A DNA stretch of 63,518 nt, counting the filler, from Conidiobolus incongruus B7586 (lineage: Eukaryota), in assembly GCA_000697335.1 (NCBI GenBank). It is 14 parts of 14 records of this genome, joined end to end, with 100 filler letters (N's around TTAATTAATTAA, not from the genome) between each part and the next. Parts side by side here need not be neighbours in the genome. Positions count along the whole stretch, not along the records: positions 1 to 6,902 come from JNEM01000215.1; positions 7,003 to 13,994 come from JNEM01000216.1; 12 more parts are not named here. One strand, written 5' to 3'. Below the pieces are notes generated by a model that ran no database searches, was not told the DNA's origin, and worked only from the letters and a program-made list of their open reading frames with translations. How positions within the stretch are numbered: the stretch's first letter is position 1; the number at the start of each line of letters is the position of its first letter. A program made the position numbers and the translations under genes. This document shows positions 1 through 12,524 of the stretch, in pieces.

Positions 1-2349
1 TTATTGGATTAATTTTTTTATAGTTCAATCTGAAAACTTAATTTTATAATAATTAAATTCAAAAATATTTATTATATTTATTAAATATATAAATATCAAG
101 GCTATAAGAATTTCTATTAAAAGATTTCATATGATAAAAATAATAAGTGATTTAATTCACTAAAAATCTTCATTATATAAAAAAGAAAAAAAAGGTTGAA
201 GTAAAAAGAGATTTTATTTCTTTAGCCTATATATCACTTTAATCAACATATATTTAATCCATATTTTTATTTGTTTAAGGATAATTTTTAATGATGTAAA
301 TTATAATAACAATCTACATTGTACCAAAACCTTTGGAACAGTAAATAGTGGAATTTTACAACAATATTTTTTTATTATACAAATATATGAGAATTATATA
401 TTTTTATAACTTTATATATTAATATATATTATAAAATATATTAAAATTATTAAATAAATTTACAAATAATTGAATAAAGCAAAGCTCGTTTAAAATTTAG
501 TAATATATTTAATATTTTGGTTTTATTTTAAAATTTAAACACTAACTGATATTTAAAATTGCTTAATCATGATATCAGATATATATATATAATTAATGCA
601 CTCAATATGATTCGTTCGTATTGTTGGTTCCTTAAATCTTTTACATTAATTGATCCTTTAATTAAATTCATTATTTGAAATAATCATTATTTCAAAAATT
701 TATATAAATAGTAATTAATGTTTGAAAGAAATTAAAGAGATGTATTGGATTATAATTGATCAGACATTTTTGACTTAAAAATTCAAAATTTATTGTTTGA
801 AATGATATATTAATATCATAATAAATATTTATCAGAGTTAATGTATTTATGTTTAAACTGAATTTTGCCATTTCATTAAAGTATTATAGTGTTAAGAAAT
901 ATTAGGCAAGTCTGAAAATTTTTATAAAATTAGTATTTTTAATATCATTGGTTCAATCATTGAAATCAATTATAATAATATGATAAACGTATTTGATAAA
1001 TATAATTTATGATAATTTAATAATATTGAAATATATCAAATAATTTTATATATAAGTAAATTCGGATGGATTATTAAAAATAGAGATGTTACAATCTCAG
1101 TTGATATGATACCTTTAATAATCATTTGAAAGATCTCAGAATGAAATTAAAGTTTCACTTAAAATAGGTTATTAAATATGGTGATAAATAAAAGATATAA
1201 AATATTATACTATTTTATATTCATAATAGGGAGAAAGAATATAAATCAACGATATGTATTGATACCAAATATTTATTATTAGAGAAGATCGGATTGATTA
1301 AAGAATTACAGAGCATTCTTACTAATTAATCATAAAGTAATTAGACTCAATAAGTGAAATATAATTTTGTTAATATTCTATAGTTGTAAAAAGGAATATA
1401 GATAATAATATAAAATATTTTACCACAACATTAGCTGATCAATAATCAAAAGAATATCAATATCAAATTACAGATAATATCAGCCTTGAAAACCTCCAAT
1501 AATGGTAAATATTAAATAGTACTTAATCCATTTAATTAGACAAAAGAAGTTGGTATATTGCAGTTGAATTTTATGAATATATAAAATATTAAAATAGTAT
1601 TTGTGATAATCATGTTTTGTAAAAAGTGTTAAACAAAATTATGAAGGTAATATGGGGATACAATTCCAAATTTAGTAAAATTTAATTTTATTAATAATAA
1701 AATATAAAATTTTATAATATTATAAAAAAATATATTAAATATTTTATTAGATATATAATTAATTTATATATTTTTATTTACAACCTTTATTATTTTTGAA
1801 GAGTGATATTTTTGCTATATATATTTGAATGTATAAGATAATTTTACTAATTAAAAATCATAAAAATCTTCAAGTGGCCCCTATTTCATATTTTAAGAGT
1901 CAGTAGTGCTTACATATTACGTAATAATCTTTAAACTCTAGTAAATATCTATGGTATAATAATATAATCATTATTACTTAATTATGAAAAATTAAAATGA
2001 TATATATAAAATCATAGTTAAAAAGTAATTTTACAATATTTCATGATTTGAATTTTCATCAGTATTCAAAATAGTTTGAATTATATCAAATGGTACGATT
2101 TTAGACATTTTGCACCTAAAACAAAAATATTATTTGAATTCAATATGACATTTATTTTGAATAATCAAATAAAATTTAATATTATTATTATTACATCAGT
2201 ATTAAATGAATAGTATTATTGATGACTATAATCAAGAGAAATCTTCAATTTTAATTATTAGATATAAAAAATATTTGCAATATTTGCGAGAATAATTTAA
2301 TAATTTAGAATTTTCTCATAATTTAATAAATAAATTTGGAATTTCAATT

Positions 2350-2512
2350 TCATTCGCGTTCCCAATAACTGAATTGGAATATTAAAATCAATTTAGAACG
2401 CGTTGAATTTGATTGGGCCTTTCCATATAAGGCAGGTGGGGAAGCTAAAGTAGGATTCAAATCGAAATTGACGTTGTGACTTCACAAGGGTAGGGTGTTC
2501 AGCCAATCAAAA
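2350..2512 (+). promoter_or_regulatory. Histone H1 promoter motif cluster (MCB, CArG, two CCAAT, CRE-like)
   Basis: Locally GC-richer island 180-340 nt upstream of the ATG. It holds ACGCGT 2398-2403 (plus TCGCGT ~2354), ATTGG ~2412, CCATATAAGG 2423-2432, TGACGT ~2469 and AGCCAATCA 2501-2509. Confidence 0.6.
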
Positions 2513-2687
2513 ACGGAGGAATTAGACAAATTCAAAAAAAGGTAGAAGGGCCTGAATAAAATTGAAATTATTTAAGAAATTATGAGAAAAAGTATTTCAA
2601 AAAATTTCCTCTAGTATTTTTCGCAATATTTTTTACTTGATTCTTCTGTTTTATTACTCTTATTACTCTTAATTACGATTATTCAAT

Positions 2688-3370
2688 ATGTCTAAAGTTG
2701 CCTCTAGAAATGCTAACCATCCTACCTACAAGGATATGATTGCTGTATGTCTTTTATTTATTGTCATTGTGTATTTCTTTAACTAACTTTTCTTCATTTA
2801 GACTGCCATCAAGACCCAACAAGATCGTAAAGGCAGTTCCAGACAAGCTATTCTCAAATACATTTTGTCCAATTACAAAGTCAATCCTGATGTTGCTACC
2901 GTTCAAGTTCGTCTTGCTTTGAAGCGTGGTGTTGAAAATGAAGATTTCAAGAGTGAAAGTAATTTTTATCCAACTAATATTTAAATTTGTAATAATTAAC
3001 TTATGTTTTTAGCTGGCTCTCGTTTTAAATTAGGCGCTATCAAGAAGGTCTTGGAAAAGAAAGAAGCTGCTGCTAAGAAAGCTGCTAAACCTGCTGCTTC
3101 CAAGTCAAAGGCCGCTGCTAAGGTATAATTGATTACTATACTTTATATTCTATAATACTTAATATTCTTTAGCCCAAGTCCGCTACTTCTAAGGCCAAGT
3201 CTACAACGACTAAGAAGGCTACCACCAAAAAGGCTAAGGCTACTGCTCCCAAAGCTCCCAAGAAGGCTAAATCTATTATTAAATCCAAGAAAGCTGCTGC
3301 CACCAAGAAGAAGTCTCCCGTCAAGAAGGCCACAAGCAAAACCACCAAGTCTAAGAAGACTTCCAAATAA
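2688..3370 (+). CDS. HHO1: Linker histone H1, 4 exons (2688-2744, 2802-2958, 3013-3122, 3173-3370)
   Basis: Spliced product MSKVASRNANHPTYKDMIATAIKTQQDRKGSSRQAILKYILSNYK...LALKRGV...TGSRFKL followed by a Lys/Ala-rich tail. This is the H15 winged-helix signature. GT-AG introns keep the frame. Confidence 0.95.
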
Positions 3371-5515
3371 GCAGCTATTCTCTTTTGCTAACATATTCAT
3401 TTATATCTTATGTTTAATTTCAAGGTTCAAGGTTTATTCAGTGATTTTTACAGCTGTTAAATTTTGAATTATCTATTAATATTACTTGTTATTTCATCCT
3501 CTTTCACGATATAATGTAATATGCTTTAAATTTTCTATATTAACGATAACAACATCACTCTTGTACTATTTAGTATCTTTTTACAGTATTTTTAATAAAT
3601 ACAAGTTACTTTTTTACTATAATAAATATTAATATATATAACTCTATTTCATTGCTTTATTAATTAATTTTTATTCAAGAGGGATAGATTGTTTAATTTC
3701 TCTCTTGAATTGCCCTTTCAGATGGTGCTATTTCATATTAATTAAATTTGTATAACAAATTGAATATTTACTAAAATTTACAAATTCGCAGCACTAGAGC
3801 AGTTTAAATTATAGTGTTGTTTGATATCATTGGTTAGTTTGACTGAAATAAGAAAAATTAGTTTTTAAAACATAAAGTATCAGTGTTCAACATTAGTATT
3901 TTGTTTTATCATTTAAATTCATTAAAAGATTAGGAATTAGAATTAGTATGATAATCCAAAATTGAATAAGATTATATTTTACATAGGAACATTAAATTTA
4001 GGTTATAAACGATTCTTATTTTAATTTTGATCTTTGATCTTTGAAATCTTGAAATATATTTAATCATTAATATTTTCAGGATGGGTATAATTAATTGGAT
4101 AATATAATTTATAATTATAATTATAATTAATCAGACTATGAATCAATTTTTAAAAATAGTAATATTAACCATAATAAATTATGACAAAGTATATTAAAAT
4201 GCTCGGAAAAGATTTTTAGATATTCCTGATATAATACAAAATTTTAAAATAAACTGGCATTATTAATTTTTTTTTCATTTAACAGATTTTAAAATGCAAA
4301 AATATTTAAAACATTAATTTGATATTAAAAATTTTTCTATAATATTAAAGTATTGAATTATTATATCTGTTTATATATATATATATATATTAATCATTTG
4401 TAATAAAAAATCTATAAAAAATTAATTTGTTTTCATACAAATTTTGATTCATTTTAATTTTTTTATAACTAAAATAGTACATAAATTAAATTTTAATATT
4501 CGTATTATTATTAAGGTACATTTATAAATTAAAATTTTATAAAAATATTTTATCAATTTGCTTATTAATATCTCTAAGTAATAAAAATAAAAAAATATTA
4601 AACTAAAATTATATACTAATATTTGTTATCATTTATTAAGACTTAATTAATATATTAATGAATAATTAAAGTTCAAGAAAATTTTGTGATAAAAATAATA
4701 TTTATCAAAAATATGTAGCACTTGTGATAATACTATCATATCACTTAATTATTATTCATCTATATGTTTTAATAAATTTATTTAAATTTCCAAATTTAAT
4801 TCAATTCAAATTCAGTTCAAATTCAGTCTTTTCAACAATTCAAAAAGTGAATCTTATTTAATTCTTCTAGATATTCTATATAAACATCATTAAAATAATA
4901 TATACATGTATATATCACAGGTTTTTCATTCTCAAGTTGTATTATTATTATTAATCTTCAGCATTGACAACTAATTGAATATTTTTGATATTACATGATA
5001 TTTACACTATATAATAATTTAAATACCAACCAATTGCTATTTTGGAAAAGTTTTGCAAATATAATTACATTTGATTTTTGAAATTTTTTGAAAATATACT
5101 AAGTTGGCGAATAAGGAATCAAATCAAAATCAAATTAATTTCTAAGTTAAAATAATTATTATTAATGGGTTTTTTATATTTGGATGTTTTTAATAATATT
5201 ATGATTGACTAGAGATTAAATACAATCTGATCATTAAAAGTTAAACCTTGTAACTATTTAATTGGTTATTAAAAATAATATTTTATCCAAATAAATCTTA
5301 TTAATTAACAAGATTTTCTAGAATAGTACTTTCATTGTCTAAATCTATTTGTTTAATAAGGTCAATTGAATTTTTCATTGTATTTAATATAATATGCCAT
5401 TAAATTGAATTTTGATATCTTTCATTATCTTACAATTATATATTCAAATTAATATTTTTTGTATATTTCTTCTTTTAAATTTCATTTAACAACGATGGTA
5501 ATACCAATGGTAAAT

Positions 5516-5781
5516 TCAAGTATTTTGAGATTTTACACCTCTAAACCTATATCTCATATTTAACTAAATTAATACATAAAACTTATTAAAATCCAAATGA
5601 AACTTACTAAACTTCTTTTATAGTCTCCAAAGCTCTTTTTAATTGCTAAACATTCTTCAGTAATCATAGGTAAATTCTCTTTTTCCATACACTTTTGCAT
5701 AGTATAACGATACTCTGACATACATGGTGACTTTTGTACACATTCAATTAATTCGTTTCTGATTTCTTCACAACTTGGCAT
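5516..5781 (-). CDS. PET191: Cytochrome c oxidase assembly factor Pet191/COA5, 2 exons (5781-5608, 5563-5516), 73 aa
   Basis: CEEIRNELIECVQKSPC...C...C pattern, and the spliced C-terminus KRSLLNMRYRFRG matches the Pet191 family end motif. 44-nt GT-AG intron. Confidence 0.85.
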
Positions 5782-6902
5782 TTTTATTTATAAAATAAAT
5801 AACCAAATATATTTATTAATTATTTAAAATTAATAAATTTATTTTTACTAAGCACATTTGCAACTTTTATTTTCAAAGTTAATTTACTATAGATTCAATA
5901 ATTTATAAATTAATTTATTCTCTTTAAAAATTGTGGGATTAATTTCCCAAATATTATTAATGTTAAACCTGGATTTGTCTCAAATTATTATAATCAATTC
6001 ATTAAATTTTAAAATTAATATTTAATCTAATTATTGATAAAAAATCCAAATATAAAATTAATTTTTAATTTGATATATTTTATTAATTATTGGAATTTTT
6101 TTCTTTATAATATATTTAATTTGAGATAACTATTGATAATAAGTATATGTAAAATATTTAATCAATGTAAATATCTGATAAAATGAATGAAAAATTGAAC
6201 ATATTATAATATATTCTGAATATTACACTAAATTGTTTAAAAATGCCATTAACTTGGATAATACTTTTAAAATATTTGTGGTTATTATTGTATAGTAACT
6301 ACTCTATATTATAACTTGGTTTTGCTACTTTAAAGTTTCAACAATTTCATTGATATTACTAATTCCAATTTTGGATTTCTATTAATAATATTGGTTGTAG
6401 AAATTATATTTTGAAATCGAGTAACTGTAAGTATTATGTGAATTTCATCGAATCTCATACAATATTCAAGCGCTTAATTCATAAATTTTATTAATCTATT
6501 ATTATATGATTATTCAAAATTTATCATGTTTACTAAATTAAACGTTTATATAACTATTAATTAAATATAATGAATTTTTAAAAAAAATTTAAATATCTAT
6601 TTTTTGTTATATTTAAAGAATTTTGTATTTTCATCGTTTTTTAAAATTTAGATTAATATTGTGATTTTTGTATAATTTATTAATATTAATTATTAATTAT
6701 CAAAACTTTTTTTAAAATCTATATTATAATTTAAATTGATTTTGAAATACTATAATATTTTATCAAGTATAAAAAATTATTAATCACATCAATATAAAAA
6801 GTAATTTTAATTTATTTCAATAGTTTTGGTATTATTTTAATTATTAGCTAACCCTAAAGGTTTTATATTAATAAATAAAATTAATATATTTAAATAAAAT
6901 AT

Positions 6903-7002
6903 NNNNNNNNNNNNNNNNNNNNNNNNNNNNNNNNNNNNNNNNNNNNTTAATTAATTAANNNNNNNNNNNNNNNNNNNNNNNNNNNNNNNNNNNNNNNNNN
7001 NN
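6903..7002. other. Assembly gap with artificial linker N44-TTAATTAATTAA-N44. Also at 13995, 21502, 24560, 29137, 30844, 32403, 34748, 36091, 37544, 46420, 54597 and 62070.
   Basis: The same 100-nt structure occurs 13 times. The 12-mer puts stop codons in all six frames, as scaffolding spacers do. Confidence 0.97.
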
Positions 7003-7736
7003 ATAATACACAAATAATGCTCTTAAAATTTAGTAAATATAATTATTTTGTTGATTAAATATAAAATATATAAAGTTAAAAATATAATGGATTTTATTAG
7101 TTAAAATAATAAAGAATATTATACCTAAAATATTCACTGGATTAAACTCTTATAATTCAAATTATTTCAATTTATTCAAAAATATATATTGAAATCAATT
7201 TCTAAAGGATAAATTTATATAATTAGTGAAATATTAATTTATAGCATAGAATAAAAAAAATTATTTTTTAAATATGAAATATTTGGTAAAAATATAGTAT
7301 ATGATGAATTACAATAAAAAACAATAATTTGATATCATTGATTAATATTTGTCAACTTATATCAAAGAGTTTACTTAAATTCAATTATATAAAAGTTCCA
7401 TTACTCAAAATTTACAATAATATATTTAATAAATAGGTTTTATTTGAAAAAAATATAAGTATAAATGATTTACTTAATTTTTAAACTGTAATAAAATATT
7501 TAGAGATAATAAAACAAAGAATAAAAAAATAGAACAGATAATAAAATTTGAAGTATGTTTTTGATGAATATTGTTCAATATATTTTGACACCACTTATAT
7601 AATCATCTGTAATTCATTATTATTTATTAATTAAGAATGTTATGAATAATTTTTAATAGTTTAATTGAATAAGTGGAGAGTATAATATTTATCTTAAGTA
7701 TCGAAATTTCAAATCAAAATTGGTGTTTGCTTTTTG

Positions 7737-7806
7737 AGGCTCCATATTGAATCAGAAATGATTATTTCAAGAGCCTGAAATATCTCAACCCTTCGGGATC
7801 GGTATA
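7737..7806 (+). other. Double-hairpin element, candidate structured RNA
   Basis: Nested stems AGGCTC/GAGCCT, TTGA/TCAA and ATCA/TGAT closed by GAAA, followed by a short cUUCGg hairpin at 7791-7796. Confidence 0.3.
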
Positions 7807-8483
7807 TAAAAATTTTTCAATTTGAATTAAAATTGGTTTTTTTAATTATCTAATATTAATCTATATCAATAAATTTAAACTGGTCCTAAAATTATAATTT
7901 GGTTATATTTTTCATATATATTTTATAGGTGTAAGAATTTTAAAATATAATTTGTAATATTTTGATTGGAATATATGCTGATTATAAAATTAATTTATAA
8001 TGCTTTATTCCAAATAGTTAAGGATCAAAAATGAATTGTATATTAATAGTATTATAAAGTCAAATTTCATACTTTGAAAAATTGTTCTATAGATTATTAT
8101 TAATCTAATATATAATCAATTCATATTATTGATATCATTCAATAGTGTCATTAAAATATTCAAATTTCATTTTTAAAATATTAAATCTCTCTCTAATAAT
8201 GATTTAATTTTTCACCTAAAGTAAAATTGATTAAATATGCTTTGACTGGTTTAAAAATTTGGTAATGATTTTAAAATTCTGATATATTGAATAAATTACA
8301 TTGAAAAGCAAAAATTATTAATTTGATTAAATATTTGTTATTACATTTGAAATTATTGAGAAATTTGAACATAATTTGGTTGAATCTAAACTGGAGAAAA
8401 TGTGCTTTTTATTTAGATTGAAATATTGTTTGGAAATTATAAACTATATTAAATTTCTATTTTTTTATAAGTTAAGGTCAGAG

Positions 8484-8509
8484 AATATATATATATATAT
8501 ATATATATA
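8484..8509. repeat. (TA)n microsatellite (similar tracts at ~4372-4390, ~10437-10454, ~19389-19408)
   Basis: Dinucleotide tandem repeat read directly. Confidence 0.9.
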
Positions 8510-8897
8510 TTTACTGTGTTTGAATGATTCTAAAATCGAAAATTACATCTTTTTCAGTTAATTGATAGATATAATTGAATAAGTTGGGTCAATGTATCAC
8601 AAATTATTTTAAATGGACTCAACAATATTCCCAAAATCCCATAAAATTAATTTATAATTAATTAATATAAATATCTTTTAATTCATATTTTAATTTTTAT
8701 TGACCTAAACATTATTTTGGAATAATTAATAATCTTCAAAAAGTTATTCATTAGGACAAAAATTTTGAGTCAATTCACCTCCATTTTATAGATTTTTTAA
8801 TAATAAATTATCAATTAATTAATTTCTTTATCTTTCTATTACTTGTACATTAACTAATTATTAACAATTTTGTATTATATAACTTAATTTATTCGAT

Positions 8898-10085
8898 ATG
8901 GATTTCGACAGTTTTGAAGAGTTACTAGGAAGCCAAGGGCTCAATTCGTTGGAAGCTGACGAGTTGGGAAGTAACCTGCCACTGCCCAGCAACCAAGTGC
9001 AAATGCATGGGTATAATGACTTGAGTACGTTGTCATTCGAATTGCCGTCAATATTGGAGGTTGACGAGGAAGAAGAACAGAGCTTCAATTTAAGTCAGAA
9101 TCAGAGTCAAAAATTGAGGAATGACTATAATTTTGATATGGATATCTCGGACAATGAAGAAGAAAGTAACGATGCTAGCTCTAACGACGACTTAAACCAT
9201 AATCAAAGCAGTATAGGAATGAATTATGACAACGATCAAATGGAAGTAGATGATAATCGCGACCACGATTCTTCAATTGATGAAATATCAGAGAGTGTAA
9301 TCGCTAGAGAATTGGAATTTCACGAGTTAGAAGACCCGAATGAATTATTTGAGAAACCCAACTTTCATACGTACAAGAAGAAATCAAGCAGGGATGTGAT
9401 GATGCGCAAAGGGTAAATTTAATTCCACATTATAGCAGTATAGTCAACTAATTGTAGTTTAGATTGCTATACCCATTAAACAACACTCAAGAAGATCCTG
9501 AATTAGACACTATGATCAAATTCGAGAGTAAATTTCAACAAACTATAAAACGCAGTGTTAGGGAAGACCCCAAACTCAACAAACTATTGTTTAATACTAA
9601 GAAGTATCAGAATTATTTGGATTTCAGAGGTAATTTTTATTATAAGAATGTGATATATTTAGGTATTCATGTTTTTTAGCTGATAAAGTACTAGACTTTG
9701 AAGCTCCCAAATCTGTAAGTAAGATTATATTACCATTTTTATAAGATTACTGAACATTGGATAGGGTACACTTGAAAATTTGATTGAAACAGCCTCCAAT
9801 TATTACCAAACATCCAACGCTCATCCTCTGGCTTATGAGAGGAATAGTTGCTATGATTTAATGACATTAGGTAATTAAAAATAATATCAATATAACTAAA
9901 AATATTAATGTGAAATAGGTGTACTGATGGAAGAATATGTGGACTACCTCATGGAACAGAATACGACGAATGAAGCTTCCGAATGGGACTCTGATAACGA
10001 ATTCGAAATGGATTTAACATCAGATAAAGATCGTCATTATTCAATTAAGTCGAGAAATTGGGTTGTAGGACAGCGCAGCCATTAA
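8898..10085 (+). CDS. Acidic protein with a possible Rrn10-like (RNA Pol I UAF subunit) C-terminal domain, 5 exons (8898-9412, 9463-9629, 9680-9714, 9765-9870, 9919-10085)
   Basis: Four GT-AG introns give one continuous frame, so the gene model is well supported. The segment APKSGTLENLIETASNYY...YDLMTLGVLMEEYV resembles the Rrn10 pattern LPxSDLLxxxHxYAS...ALxALGILxEE, but the product call is tentative. Confidence 0.55.
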
Positions 10086-10574
10086 ACAATATTTATAGAC
10101 ATAATAGATTATTTAATAGAGAATAGTTTTAGATGCAAGCGTCGAATAAAGAACACATTTATTAATTTATTCAAATTATAATTTGTTATAATATTATGTA
10201 AGGTTTGAGGATTTAACCTCCTTTTAATATGCTAATGTATTATGACTCTAATTATCTCAAAAATATCATTCACGCACTCTTTTACGATATATTGTCAATA
10301 TATGCTAAAAATTTATAGATTAATATTATTGAAATTCTCAATTTGGTAGTAAAGATTTGCATCAACCATGCTAATCTTAATCAGCATTTTAATAAAATTA
10401 AATTTATCAAAAATGTTAAAATGTTATCAAGCCAAATATATATATATATATATAGTGAAAATAAATTTCATTAAGTTATCATTGGTAGAGTACATCTTAA
10501 TGATAATTTCTCGATAATTTTATTCATATCATATCATGTCTATAAAATATAAACTATTTGTGTAATATAACAGT

Positions 10575-11477
10575 CTATTGGGGAGGTAATCTCTTCACGA
10601 AACTACCATCAGAATTTCCAAAGTAAGCTACGTTACAAATATCAGTGAACAACCCAACTTCCACCACACCACAAATCGCTTTCAATTGCTTTTCAAGCTC
10701 TACGGGATTGCTCATATCATTGAAGTGAGCGTCGATTACCAAATTACCATGGTCAGTCACTACGGGACCAGCTTTGCCTCCCCCACTCATTCTGAGTTTA
10801 CCCTCGCCGCCCATGGCTTTCAGGGCGTTGAGTACTGGGTTCGCACCAATAGGGACTACTTCCAAAGGTATGCCCTTATGCCACTAATGAAAAATATTTA
10901 ATAAAAAATTATAAGATGTGAGTTATATCATGGTTACCTGTTGTCCCAATACTTTAGAATCTTTAGTATAATCTAATAAATAATATTATTAACCTTCCAT
11001 AAAACTCTTAAGAGAAATAAGAATTTCACCTGCTACAATAACGAATTTCTTAGCAGCTTTAGCTACCAACTTTTCTTGAAGATGACAAGCGCCTCCTCCC
11101 TTGATTGAATTTAAGTTAGAGTCAACTTCGTCAGCTCCGTCAATGGCGATATCGACATAGGGTACTCTATATCAATGACGTCATATTAACAAAATTTCAA
11201 TTTTTTGAAATGTGACTTACGTTTCAATACTTCCCAATTTCAATCCCGCGTCGAGGATCAAGTGCTTGGCTTGGAAGGATGTAGGTACATAAATACAAGG
11301 TTGAGTGAGCGATTTGTCTAATTTCTTAATAGCTTCTACCACGTACACAACAGTGCTGCCACTGCCAATTCCCACAATGAGAGATCGATCTTCTTCTTTG
11401 GCGGCTTTTAACAAAGGTAACAATTCTTCTTCGACGGCTTTATGAGCTGCTACAGATTTGCCAGCGTTTAAATCCAT
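10575..11477 (-). CDS. RKI1: Ribose-5-phosphate isomerase A, 4 exons (11477-11221, 11166-11030, 10972-10938, 10883-10575)
   Basis: RpiA motifs [33 protein letters not shown] and GVVEVGLF. Includes a 35-nt internal exon. Confidence 0.96.
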
Positions 11478-12524
11478 TTTTTAATACAATTAATTTTGAG
11501 TGTTTGTTTTTTAGGATTGGTATAGCCTTTATATACTTTTAATATGAATTTAATTGTGGGAATAAATTATCTACAAGTTTTGTCATTTGATGATAATAAA
11601 ATAAAAATTTCTCTAATTATTTTTAGATAATGATTGGGTTATCAAATGATATTGAGTTATTATATTGTTGTGAATGGAGAGCTCAGGGTCAACATGTCAC
11701 TCTTGAGTTTTGACAGTCTTTTAATTACTAATTATCATTGCTGTCTAAATGCTAGGTATTAACAATTTCTCATAATAACTTAGTTAAACAGGTATTTGAA
11801 TGGATTATTGGTTGTATGGGTTTGTGGAATCGGAGCTTCTTATTTTAAATTAAAGATAGTATTAAGTTGCAGTATTCTTTAGATATCATTTTAATATTAT
11901 TAGATTTATTGTTTAATCGAATGTAGTTATATAAATAATAAAAAATCAATTCAAGAATATATCTAATCGTTACTTAAAACTTTGAAAAATTGATTTTATT
12001 ACCGTCGGTTTCATTTTCAATTACCTTAGTTTATATTATTATGTTAATTTTGTTATTTTTGGAAAATAAGATATAAAGTAAATATTCTAAGATCTTGAAT
12101 TATACTCTATCTTTCAAAACCAATCTATTTGAATTGAAATGAATACTAGTATGCATTAATTTTAAAATTATTCATTATTTTTTAAATTAATTTTTAAATT
12201 TGCAAAAATTTTAATTATAAATCCAAAATTATTTTTATACATATTCATTAAATCATCTTTTTCTTATATTTTAATTGTGTAAATAAAATAATTCAGTTTT
12301 ATTCTAATTTTTAAATAATTACGCTAATAGAGTTGAAAAAAATAATTATAATTAGAATTATATAATAATTAATATTAAAAAATGTATTTTATAAAGATTG
12401 AATATAAAAGTGATATTTTAATTTCCCAAATAATTATTCGGTTAGTTGAACTAAATAATTATTCTTATTAAAAATTATATGAGCTGTATAAAATTGAAAT
12501 AAAAAATGATAATTAGCAATATTA

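Noticed and set aside
3143..3400. Minus-strand hydrophobic ORFs (85 aa, 65 aa) and the + ORF 2740-2922
   Set aside because: They are antisense or off-frame shadows of histone H1.
6947..6958. Recurrent palindrome TTAATTAATTAA as a biological repeat or CRISPR-like unit
   Set aside because: It is always centred in a 100-nt N gap, so it is a scaffolding linker.
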